A stretch of 64,000 nt of DNA from Flectonema sp. DT1601 (taxonomy: Eukaryota): NCBI GenBank assembly GCA_964019425.1, contig OZ025798.1, positions 930,001 through 994,000 on the forward strand, read 5' to 3'. Below are positions 33,978-44,860 of the stretch, one piece after another. Every line of letters begins with the position of its first letter. Within the stretch, counting starts at the first letter, position 1. The position numbers and the translations under genes were made by a program. The notes beneath the pieces are model-generated. The model was not told the origin of the DNA. It was given only the letters and a program-made list of their open reading frames with translations, and ran no database searches.

Positions 33978-35705
33978 AGCAATCTTACAACCCCCAACAC
34001 GCAACTGATACAGCAACCAAAACATTTTTTTGCAATTTTTTTTTTTTTTTTTTTTTTTGAATCCTTAATTTCTAGAAAGAAAGTCATTAAATAAAACGTG
34101 ACATATCTCAAATTACGTATTTAAGCGTCAGTGATGCTGTCCGTAAATTTTAAAAAAAATTTAAAATGACAAGCACTGGGGGAGGGATGCACGAAAAAAA
34201 CCCAGGGAGGGAAAATAAAAAACTCGACCTTGTTTTTATTTTATCTTTATTGTTGTTTTGTTATGAAAACGTTACAATGTTAAGTGATGTAGACTTAGGT
34301 GATGAGAATAAAACTAAGGGGAGTGCAAAATGCTGAATCTCACTTCTTTTTTTTTTGATCTGATAGTAATCACAATTATTGTTTGTTTTTCGTTCTACCT
34401 CCCACGTGTAAGTATTATTTCGTACATGCAACACACAAACACCTTTTTTTCTTGCGCAGTTAACTTTGCGCGAGATACAACAGCTTTTTATTATGAGGCA
34501 TAATTTAGCTGACAAAAAAAACAGACTGAGCACTTCGGGAAATTAATTAGGGCATCTTTTTTCAAATCTTTTGCTATGCTCATCTCGATGACAATATACT
34601 GAAGAAAGAAAGAAGAAAGAAAAGAAAGAAGGAAAATTGGTTTTTTTTTTTTTGAATTACTTTTTTTTTTTTTTTTTTTTGCATTTAACAAGTATTGTAA
34701 GAACTAAAAAAGAATTATAGGCCAGCACACGTAAACTTCCTTTAGCTTTATCGCTTTATGTCGGTTCACGGTTTTGTGCACAAAAAAAAAAAAAAACATC
34801 AATGGTGTGCAGTTTTATTTTGAAGCCAATTTTTTTTCTCTCCAAATTTTATGATGACTCTCCAGCTAAGAAAGTTAGTTGGAGCGTAATTACCTTCCCA
34901 TATTCTGACTTTATTTCAGTGTTTTGCGTTTGGTAATTATTCCGACAGAGTTTTACCAGGACCACCGTGAAAAGAAGAAATTACTTCTTCTTTTTTACGT
35001 TTTTGAGAAACTTTTTTTTTTTTTTTTTTTTGGTTGTTTAATGAATAGATTATAATAATATTAACTTTTTATTTTACTTCTTTTTTATTTATTAATTTTA
35101 TTAATTTCTTTTTTTAAAAGTAGGATCATGTAGTGTTTTGTGTTTGATGTTCTCCTGCAACTGACAACTGTTGTTTGCATGGATGAAAGATGAAAATAAA
35201 AAAGGTGAATAAAAGCATCTGTTTCTCTTCAAGTACTTGTCTTGTCTCTGGTTGGTGTCTTGTTGAGTGACTGCTGGTAGAAGTTTCTGTAGAGACATGT
35301 CAAAACCAAAAAAAGTGAAAAATACAAGAAGTGTCCTTCAAAAATTGTAGTGACCTGCTATTGCAGATTCACCTTGCGGGGTTTTCTTTTTTTCTCTCTT
35401 CGTGTTCCTTTTTGTTGCGGGGAGAAGAAAAAAAACCTTTTCTTTTTTTTGTTCCTTTTTTTCTTAGTATTCTTTCCCAAAGTGCCGAATATAAGTTTAA
35501 TAATCAGTTATCTCTAAGTAAGCGAGGAGGGGACGGTAGTAGCACACCCTCAATGAAGTTCATCGCAAATACTGGAGTTAAGATTAACTTGTTTTTCTAT
35601 TCGTCATGTTCGCTTTGCTTAAAGCTTGAAGTTGATGAAGGCGTTGATTATGTTTTGTCCCCCCTCGGTTTTAGTAATTTTTTTTTTTTTTTTTTTTTTT
35701 TTTTC

Positions 35706-35846
35706 CCCCCTGAAAAAATGTAATTTTCTTTGATTAACAACTACAAATATTTTTCAGTCAAAGTACTTAATATTAATTTTGTTTTCTTTAATATCTAAAG
35801 TTGTTACTGTTTTTACATTGTCAAAGTTTCACCCCCTGAAAAAATG
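35706..35846 (+). repeat. Dispersed repeat, copy B, bounded by a 15-bp direct repeat
   Basis: ccccctgaaaaaatg at 35706-35720 and 35832-35846; the interior matches 5665-5759. Confidence 0.9.
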
Positions 35847-37250
35847 AAATTTAAAGATACAGTTAGTAGCGTCGATTCGCTCTCAGATCATCGTAACAAT
35901 TGCAATGCAAGAGCTTATAGCGAATTTATGTGAAAAACATTAAAAAAAAAAAACGGAACAGAACATGTCACTGTAACTGTGTGTTGATGTATAAGTAATC
36001 TTGTACCAGACGACAGTACTTTATTCTTATGTAGTAGTAGTAGTTTTTAGGTTACAACTTCGGGCACTAAGCCGGTCTACAACAAAAAAGAAGAATATTT
36101 AATTTTATATTCGTCTCTTATTTTTTTTTTTATTCTCCTCTCGGTGACACGAAACTGAAAAAGGACAATTGATCACAAAAAAAAAAAAAAAAAAAAAAAT
36201 TACAGTTATTATCTGCATGAATATTTCTATTAAGTCGTTACTGATGGGGCTACCCAAACCCCTGATAATGACGTCTTTTTTAAAAATGAAATAAGAGCAG
36301 CGTGGCTGTTACTGTCTACTAGCCTCATGTTTAATAGCAGAACACTAGACAGCTTTTTATTATTATTATTTTTTTTTTGTAGATCAAATTGGAACTATTT
36401 TTAATCTTCTTTCGACTCCCTTTTGATTGAAACCTTCTTTCTGATGACCCTCCCTCGATCCATATGTTTGTAATTTTGCTTAACATTCGGCTTCTTTCGC
36501 TTCGTACACAAGTGTACGGAGTTTCAAGCCTTATTTCATTTTGTTTCTTTCTCTTTTTTCTGATCAGAGCAATTCCGTAGCAAAGTTCTTTGTGTTCTGT
36601 CTATTATTTTTAGTAATAATTTATAATCACAATGAATTGTGTTAGTGACGTTTTCAACTTCCGAACTGGAAGTGTTAATTGCTCTGAGAACAAAACGGAT
36701 TTCTTGCTTTTCATTTTTGACCTACACAGCAAATGATAAATAAGCAGTTAGATTGTTGCAACCTACCGAGTAATCAACATTTTTCAGTTGTTCCGATTAT
36801 TCTTTCGGCTATGCTGAGGTACGACTATTAATTTACGTCTCTGTCCTTCCGGTCTCTATTGCGCTTCTGAAATTTAAAGCACGATATATGTCAACCCCCC
36901 TTTCGCACTTTTCAGTTATTCACATCTTTACTCTTTGTCTATTCTTATGTTTTTCTCTATTCTCTTTTTTTTTTTTTTTCGTCTCATTTTCTCATCAAAA
37001 TCTAAGCCAACTATTAGTTTCCTTTCCGTAGGAATTGTTTTTTCGTTTGGTTTCGTGTTAGCAAAATATTGAACAAAGTGATGTTATGAGATGAGATTGT
37101 TACTTATGATTATTATTATTTTATTACGCACAGGATCTCTGTCAGATAATTATCACTATGAAATGCATTGTTTTTGTAGCGTGTATTTTTTTTTAATATA
37201 TATTTTGTATATTTCAACAGAAACAGGGAAAAAAAAAAAAAAAAAAAAAA

Positions 37251-38231
37251 ATGAAATTCGTAGTAATTTGTGTGGTGGTTATGCTCAGCGTGTTAGCGTC
37301 AGCAGATGAGTTCAGAATGGACATCGCGGCTATTTCAATTTCTAACTCTGTTGATGCCGTAGAAGAAGCAATAAAACAATGTTCTCACAAATCATCATCC
37401 AACTGTACTATTTTAATTGAAAGAGCCAGAGATACGATTGCCAAGGCAAGTTCTGAAGTAAAAGCGATAACAGATGTGAATGATGACGATGATTTAGCTA
37501 TTGCTAACTCAACAATAATCAGAGCAGTTAAACATTTTAATGACATCAACCTCAGTTGTAAAGATAAATCGTATCTTACTAAGCTCTACTGTACCAGCAG
37601 TTTACTTTCTGCATCTCACATTGTAACGACTTCTGTACTTTCACAAAATGAAAAGCTTGAGAACAGTTGTAGGAAATCTCGCAGTACTTTGAGACACTTA
37701 TTTCACTCAACTAGAATGTTACTAAAGCCTTCTGAAACACTAAAGGAAGTTAACATTCTCATGTCGGAGGTAGCCAGTCCCGTAAACGATGTTATGGACT
37801 TGTACTGCAATCAAGAACTAAGTAACCCGACTGAATGCTTAATAAACCTTCAGCTAGTAGCCACAGCCGTGAATGCCGATATTGAAGAAGTTCAGAAATC
37901 GACACAAACTTGCGGTAGTATTGATGATCCTGACTGTGCAACTCACGTTGGGAACGCTGATGAGTTATTGTTGGCGCTTCAACCGACAATAGTAAATGCT
38001 CAATCTGTTTGCACTGCAAATGTTACATCAGTCAAGTGTTTTAAAGATGTGTCATCCGTTCATTCATTAGTTAGCAAGGCATTAATACCAATGACTGAAG
38101 CAGTATCTCACTGTAAGTCTGGAGGTGCAGCTGACGCTTGTCACTCTAAACTCTCAATGCTAACGACTCAATTCACAAATATGTCTGCGATTCTTACAAT
38201 CGCCGACAACGATTGTAATGTCAAACACTAA
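37251..38231 (+). CDS. Secreted Cys-patterned helical-repeat protein, divergent family member, 326 aa
   Basis: Signal peptide MKFVVICVVVMLSVLASA. The last ~130 aa form four C-x24-C units including KALIPMTEAVSHCKSGGAADACHSKL, alignable to KAQTPVAAAVAACKAGGEAATCHFKL in the next gene. Confidence 0.85.
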   Translation: MKFVVICVVVMLSVLASADEFRMDIAAISISNSVDAVEEAIKQCSHKSSSNCTILIERARDTIAKASSEVKAITDVNDDDDLAIANSTIIRAVKHFNDINLSCKDKSYLTKLYCTSSLLSASHIVTTSVLSQNEKLENSCRKSRSTLRHLFHSTRMLLKPSETLKEVNILMSEVASPVNDVMDLYCNQELSNPTECLINLQLVATAVNADIEEVQKSTQTCGSIDDPDCATHVGNADELLLALQPTIVNAQSVCTANVTSVKCFKDVSSVHSLVSKALIPMTEAVSHCKSGGAADACHSKLSMLTTQFTNMSAILTIADNDCNVKH

Positions 38232-38697
38232 TAGGACAAATGTATAGATGATATGTGCTACTTTTGTAAGTACTCACTGTTATGTATCAAGTCTTGTTCT
38301 TGTTATACTTCGTCTCGGATTTGGTTCTCAATTTGTATATGTTTATGCCCTATTTACATCCTTACGTATCAACTCGTATCACGGGATCTATTGGTTGGTA
38401 AGGTTTTCTTTTTGTTGTCATTTTTTTTTTGTTCTTTTTTTTTTAAACATGCGTGTCATAGAGAGTAGCGATCCATGCTTTTGTCTGATGCAAAACAACA
38501 TCACTAATTGTCAGTTAAGTTGCTAATCATTGCTTGTATGGTGTTGGAACTTATTTCTGATAACAGGCAATAACGGTAACTGTATTGAATAGTGCAATAG
38601 TTGAATTCTTAACATAAGTTGGGGTGCACGCCTCACTCTAGGTTTTATAGCGTCAGAGTTATGCACAGTTTGTGTTATCTAAAATGCAGATAGCACG

Positions 38698-38741
<44 letters not shown>

Positions 38742-38837
38742 GAATTATTTTTCTTACTAATCACGTTGTATGTTATTACTTACGCAACCATTTGCTTGCT
38801 GTGATCGAACAGTAGCGCGTGGAATAATAAAAGAATG

Positions 38838-38872
<35 letters not shown>

Positions 38873-39428
38873 AGTTTTAAGAAGCATAAATATAGTACAT
38901 AATAAAAACGCCGCCCTTGTCTCTTTTTTTTTTTTTTTTTTTTTTGGAGTGGTTTATATCATTGTTTTTCTTGTTGCCTTTTTCTATACAAAACGGCTCT
39001 GCAAAAAAAGGTCGATTTATTTTGTTTTCTTGTACTACCGAACTCATCAATTAACGTCATTTATTTCTTTATTGTAAATACATCAGACACCGAGGATGGT
39101 TTCGGTGAAAAAGATCTGCGAAGTCTCTCAGGAACTCTCGTATGCTCGGAAGCCTTCTGTTAGACTGAACCGTTGGAACTAAGCTTATGTATTAACCCTT
39201 TTTTTTTTTTTTGCACCGACAAAAGTCGGAGGAACTATTTCAGCTAAAAAGAGCCGTTTAATTTATTATCAAAAAAAAATCTTCAAAATAGTTATCTATT
39301 TTTTTTTCTTTTTTTTTTTTTTTTTTTCGCTGTGTCGCCGGTCTTACTGTCTGAGATCGACAAGTACCTATAAGGCTTTTATCTGAGTTGGTCAAATCAC
39401 ACGCGTGGTGTAACGAATATTAGGAACC

Positions 39429-39468
<40 letters not shown>

Positions 39469-40626
39469 CTCGAACGTATGTAGTGCAGTTTATATAAGTA
39501 GAAACATAAAAACGTTATTTAATATGTAAAAAAAAATTATATTTCTTCTTAAACTACGTATTCATTGTAACGTATATATGGGGTAATTGGCTGGTTTCAC
39601 GAGAAATTCACTTTTTAACTGATAAAATAATTCTATATTTTTTTTTATAAAATAGTGGGCAGCAAGCGAGCTTTCCTCGGGGATACTTGCTGCTTCCCCC
39701 TCGTATACTGTAGAGCAAGTACGTCATTTGCAGAGTGTTAGCATGTATTAACATTTTAGTCACTGTGTCATGAGTTTTTTAATTTTATTATTGAGTTCTG
39801 ATACAATACAAGAGATTTAAATTCGTATGAACCTAATCAAATAGTTGTGTTGTTTCTTTAGCATTCGTTCATTCAATCTGAAATTTTTGTATTTTTATTT
39901 GGCTTTAGCCGACAATAATGACTTGTAGTTTTGATATGCTAGAAGCTCGCGCGGCCCTCAGCCTCTCTGCAACATCTACCTCGTGAGAATTTATATACAT
40001 ATCACAACGTAAGGAGTTTATCCTTATTCTTTTTGTGGTTCTACAAACTTTTTTTTTGGCTTTGGTTCCAACTGTGTTCTACGCGTCGTAGCAAGTGGTG
40101 TGCGGATTCCTCTCTTGACAGTTTTGTTGAACCTGTTTTCACGTAACTGTTTTTATGCTTGACATACTACATAGAGTCTTAGCAATCACTACCAGTGAGT
40201 CTTTCCTCGAGTATGACTTCTTTGACTATGTAGTTGGAGAGCTGAAGGCCAGTTCAATCGTATTATGACAACGTGGCATCTTTACACGTGAGGGGGGGAA
40301 TCACAAAGGAAAGACCTTCTTTCTTGTTCCTTTGTTCTGATTGGGGAAGCTCTCACTCTTTTGTATTCCGTTAAACACTTTGTTAACTAATTAAGCTGTT
40401 ATCTACGAGCTCTGCCTCGTACTAGCTTCTACACGTCCGGATTTGCTTCAGTCATTTGCGGTTGCAGGAGAGTATTTTTAGTTTTATTTTTTTCTTTCAA
40501 GTTCCAGGAATTAATAACTAAAGCTCTTTGAGGTATATTTGTTGTCATCGATGATCTCGGAGGTACTCAGTGGACAATTCTCATTTTCCCGACCCACAAC
40601 AGCATCTAATTTCAGACATTAAAACA

Positions 40627-41526
40627 ATGCGTTCCACTCTTATGGTTCTTGCCACTGCGGCGGTTGCCTTCGCAGACCACAACCTTCAGGCCTACACCTT
40701 CTGTGAAGTCGGAGTCACAACTGTCAGCGCGGGTGTTGCTGGAACTGCTTTTGAGCTGACCAGAGCCCTTCAATCATGTGCTGATATTAAAGCTGCCAAC
40801 TGCACCAGAGATGTCATCATTGCGAAGGATGTGTATGCTGGAGTTGCCAGACTCTCACCAAAGGTTGTTGGTTACTGCAACGGTACTGCTCCACTTTGTG
40901 CGAGTGAAGTTGTTGCGGCCAACGCTGCTGTCTCGAAGGCTGCCTCTCCAATGGCAGAGGCCGCCTCCGCTTGCGCTCCAAACGGTACCGCCACCGAATG
41001 CCGCATCAGATTGGCCACTGTCAATGCTGAGATGGCCTCTGCAGGTCTGAAGCTTGCTGGAGCATCAAAGGAGTGCCACACAAACAGAACTGCCCTTAAG
41101 GAAAGCAAATTCTGCGAATACGAAGTTGATGCTGTCACTGCCGGAATTGCCACCACTACTGAAGAACTTGCCAGAGCTGTCAAGGCATGCAGTGACATCA
41201 CCTCTGCTAACTGCTCCTCTGATGTGGCAAAGGCATCAGCCACCCTTACCGCCACTCGTGTCGCTTCCGCGAAGGGAGTTACTCTCTGTGGAAAGACCAC
41301 TCCATGTGGAGAAGATGTCGCATCCATCAACGGAACCCTCAGCAAGGCACAGACTCCGGTGGCTGCTGCTGTCGCCGCCTGTAAGGCTGGTGGAGAAGCC
41401 GCTACCTGCCACTTCAAGTTGGCCTCTGCCAACGCTGAGGTAGCCACTGCCGGACTCGCTGCAGCAAAGGCCCACTCCGACTGCAAAGCCAACGCCACCA
41501 GCGCTGACCCTGCATCGGATTTGTAA
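40627..41526 (+). CDS. Secreted Ala/Cys-rich helical-repeat protein, two modules, 299 aa
   Basis: ATG 40627 (aaaacaATG context shared with paralogues), signal peptide MRSTLMVLATAAVAFA, eight C-x24-C units, several N-x-S/T sequons, strongly C-ending codons. Confidence 0.9.
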   Translation: MRSTLMVLATAAVAFADHNLQAYTFCEVGVTTVSAGVAGTAFELTRALQSCADIKAANCTRDVIIAKDVYAGVARLSPKVVGYCNGTAPLCASEVVAANAAVSKAASPMAEAASACAPNGTATECRIRLATVNAEMASAGLKLAGASKECHTNRTALKESKFCEYEVDAVTAGIATTTEELARAVKACSDITSANCSSDVAKASATLTATRVASAKGVTLCGKTTPCGEDVASINGTLSKAQTPVAAAVAACKAGGEAATCHFKLASANAEVATAGLAAAKAHSDCKANATSADPASDL

Positions 41527-42237
41527 ACAATTTTATCATCTGATCAGAAAATAGAAAAGTTCTGTTCTCTCTGAAAACCTGTTAGCCTTTCCCCGTTTAT
41601 TCCCAGTGACATGCGACAACATGTTTGTGGAATCCCCTACCCCTCTCCATGAATGTGAAGAAACGATCTGATTCAAGGGGGGATACCGAGAAACGACAGT
41701 GCTTTAAGAGTTTTTTGCTTTATCACGTGTGATATGATGTTTTGTTTTGTTTTCTCGGTATCTTGTTGTATTAGTCATATTTTGTTTACTTGTAGACGGA
41801 GGTTGGTTTTGACGATTTCTTTTTTTTCGATTTTTGTCAATGATTGCACAAACTACAGAACGTCTCGTAAAGTGTTACTTTCCTCTTTTTTAAGCGAAAC
41901 AGCGCCGTTCTTATGATATATCTTAATGCTCTGCAGCATATTGTTGCTGTTGTGTCGTCAAAAACCTTTTGCTACATCGACTGTTAACGGTATCTGTGAG
42001 CGAACGTGTGACTTGTCATTCAATAAACTAAATAAAAAAGTAAATAAAAAGTGACATAACTTGGTGTTTCCAACCTACTGAATTGTCTCACCAGTTGTAA
42101 TACTTTATCAGTTCTTTTTAAAATAGTATTTGGTTTTTGCCTAATCTTGCCGTATCTAATTCACTGCACAGGTTATTGATGATAAAGCTGAATTAACTGA
42201 AGGTTGTAGTCCGCTTGTTTTTAAAGTCAATCTTTAT

Positions 42238-42326
42238 AGCATCTATTTTTCCGAAAACAATGCGTTCTTCTAGCCACTGCGGCGGTTGCCTTCGCAGACT
42301 ACAATCTTCGGGACTACACCTTCTGT
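42238..42326 (+). pseudogene. Truncated 5' relic of the helical-repeat gene family
   Basis: agcatctatttttccgaaaacaATGcgttcttcta, then an 11-nt deletion, then gccactgcggcggttgccttcgca-gactacaatcttcgggactacaccttctgt (DYNLRDYTFC versus DHNLQAYTFC in the 40627 gene); breaks off where the downstream duplicated segment starts. Confidence 0.8.
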
Positions 42327-42487
42327 TCTAATTCTTTTAGCAGGCTTAAACACACAACGAGCTGGTGTGTTTTTGATGGCGTCAATAACTCTGGTCTGGT
42401 CTGTTTTTGTGCAAGTAGTAGTTACTCAGCGATTTCATATATATTTTAACCACTCGACAGCATCTATTTTCCGACATCAACAAAACA

Positions 42488-44185
42488 ATGCGTTCTTCTA
42501 TTATGGTTCTTGCCACTGCGGCGGTTGCCTTCGCATCCGACCCACAATGCGTTGAAGACGTCAGCCAGGCTGTTTACGACTTGGCCGAGTGCTCAGACGC
42601 TGTAGCTGCGGCAACTGTTGCGTGCAAGGGAGACGACTCTGCCAAGTGCGCTGCCGAGGTGTCGAGATGCGTTGCGGCCTTCTCCAGCACCTCCAACACC
42701 CTCAGCAAAGCAGTGACTGACTGTGGAGGACCAGATACTAAGTGTGCCCAAGATATCACCAACGCCGCTACTGCCACTGCCACCGCGTCGCAGAAGATCG
42801 CGCAGGCTGTTTCAGACTGCGGTGATGCCGGTCATAAGGGAAAGTGCGTCGTTGACCTTCTTGATGTTAGCGACGATCTCGGCCACGCAGTTGAGGACAT
42901 TATCCTCGCCACAACCGATTGCAAGAAGTCGAAGAAGGTTGTCGAGGCTGTTCAGGTATTCACTTTCTGTGAAGCAGCTGTCACCACCGTTACTGCTGGT
43001 GTTGCTGGCACCACTCTCGGAGTAACCAGAGCCCTCGAGGCCTGTGCTGATCTTTCAGCTGTCAACTGCACCAGAGATGTCGCACTCGCCCAAGATGTTT
43101 TGGATGAAACCGTCAAAATCTCCCCAAAGACTGTAATTTACTGTAACGGTACCAAGCCAGCTTGCATGAGTGATGTTGCCCAGGCCAACGCCGCTATCAC
43201 CAAGTCTGCTTCTCCAATGGCAGATGCCGTAGCTTCATGCCGTGCAAATGGTACCGTCACCGCGTGCCGCATCAAGTTGGCAACTGTCAACGTCAACATG
43301 GGTACTGCTGGCCTCAAGCTTTCAGGAGCATCAAAGGCGTGTTATTTGAACAAGACTGTTGGAGCGACTTCAAACCCAAAATGTGTTGAGGACATCAGTC
43401 AGGCTGTGCTGGAACTTGGTGACTGCAGTGATGCCATCGCCAAGGCGATCGAAACCTGCAAGGGAAGCGACAAGGCTGCGTGCTCTGCCGATGTCTCTGC
43501 CTGCGTTGCCGACTTTGCCAAGGCCTCGAGCACCATCAGCAAGGCCGTGCCTGACTGTGGAGGACCAGGTACCAAGTGTGCCCAGGACATCTCCAACGCT
43601 GCTGCTGCCATGGCCAGCGCCAGCTCGAAGATCTCAAAGGCCGTCTCCGACTGTGACTCTGCTGAGAAGAAGTTGGAGTGCATGCTGGACCTCGTCGACG
43701 TGAGCGATGACTTGGGACACGCCGTTGACAACATCGTTGATGCCACCACCGACTGTGGCAAGAACGCCTCTTCCGTCGCTGCATTGAAGCTGAAGTCTGA
43801 CTTTTGCAAGTACGAAATCATGGCGGTCTCTGCTGGTGTTGCTGCCGGTGCTGAACAAGTTGCCAGATCCATCAAGATCTGCTCCAACGTCACTGACGCA
43901 AAGTGTGCTGAGGATGTTGACACCACCAAGTCTCTGATTGACGGACTCGTGCCTGTTGTCAACCGAATGGTTTCAGGATGTGGATCCGTGAACGCGACAT
44001 GTGCTGCTGACGTCAACCGCGTGAAGTCTTCACTTGACAAGGCTCAGGCCCCAATTGGTAAGGCCGTCAACAGCTGCAAGGCTGGAGGTTCTGCTACAAG
44101 CTGCAAGATCGACCTTGCTGGTACCAGCGCTGACCTCGCCACTGCTGCCTTGGATTTGACCAAGGCTGAGAAGGACTGTCTGTAA
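42488..44185 (+). CDS. Secreted Ala/Cys-rich helical-repeat protein, four modules (B-A-B-A), 565 aa, copy 1
   Basis: Signal peptide MRSSIMVLATAAVAFA; sixteen C-x24-C units; no transmembrane or GPI-type tail. Confidence 0.92.
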   Translation: MRSSIMVLATAAVAFASDPQCVEDVSQAVYDLAECSDAVAAATVACKGDDSAKCAAEVSRCVAAFSSTSNTLSKAVTDCGGPDTKCAQDITNAATATATASQKIAQAVSDCGDAGHKGKCVVDLLDVSDDLGHAVEDIILATTDCKKSKKVVEAVQVFTFCEAAVTTVTAGVAGTTLGVTRALEACADLSAVNCTRDVALAQDVLDETVKISPKTVIYCNGTKPACMSDVAQANAAITKSASPMADAVASCRANGTVTACRIKLATVNVNMGTAGLKLSGASKACYLNKTVGATSNPKCVEDISQAVLELGDCSDAIAKAIETCKGSDKAACSADVSACVADFAKASSTISKAVPDCGGPGTKCAQDISNAAAAMASASSKISKAVSDCDSAEKKLECMLDLVDVSDDLGHAVDNIVDATTDCGKNASSVAALKLKSDFCKYEIMAVSAGVAAGAEQVARSIKICSNVTDAKCAEDVDTTKSLIDGLVPVVNRMVSGCGSVNATCAADVNRVKSSLDKAQAPIGKAVNSCKAGGSATSCKIDLAGTSADLATAALDLTKAEKDCL

Positions 44186-44860
44186 ACATTTTTTCATTCG
44201 TTTCTTTCCAATTCGTAAGGTTGTGTCGTATCCACTAATCGTTTGTGATTTTTCCATTCCCATATTTTTTCTGTGGCTTTTGCATTGTCTACGTACTTCA
44301 ACCCAAACGCAGTACAATAACAAGAAAGAGATAATGACATTGGATGTGTGTATTCTACGTGTGAGGTGTGAATTTTGTTAAAGTGAAGGAAATCCTCTGT
44401 CTCATCTTGGTATTTACTGCGCGTATTCTGGTTTATTTTATTTCTGCTGTTTCCTCCACAACATCCAAATTCCTTAATGGAAGGCTGACTTAGACAGCTG
44501 TCTTCGAACTTGCCGTTGAAACATTGAAGTTCGGTTTACTTTTAATAGTTTAAATTACATTGTCTAATCTGATTAATAGGAGGACATTCAAACCTTTGTT
44601 GTCAAAGCTGTTATTCATTAATAGCTATTTGTTTCTTTTTATCTCTCTCCCTTAGGTCAATTGATGAACAACGACCCTCCTATTATAAGTTAGCTGTATT
44701 CTAATTCTTTTAGCAGGTTTAAACACACAACGAGCTGGTGTGTTTTTGATGGCGTCAATAACTCTGGTCTGGTCTGTTTTTGTGCAAGTAGTAGTTACTC
44801 AGCGATTTCATATATATTTTAACCACTCGACAGCATCTATTTTCCGACATCAACAAAACA

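Noticed and set aside
41488..41526. GPI signal or ER-retention motif at the end of the 299-aa protein (…ADPASDL)
   Set aside because: No hydrophobic tail for GPI; ASDL only loosely resembles KDEL-type signals and is not shared by the paralogues.
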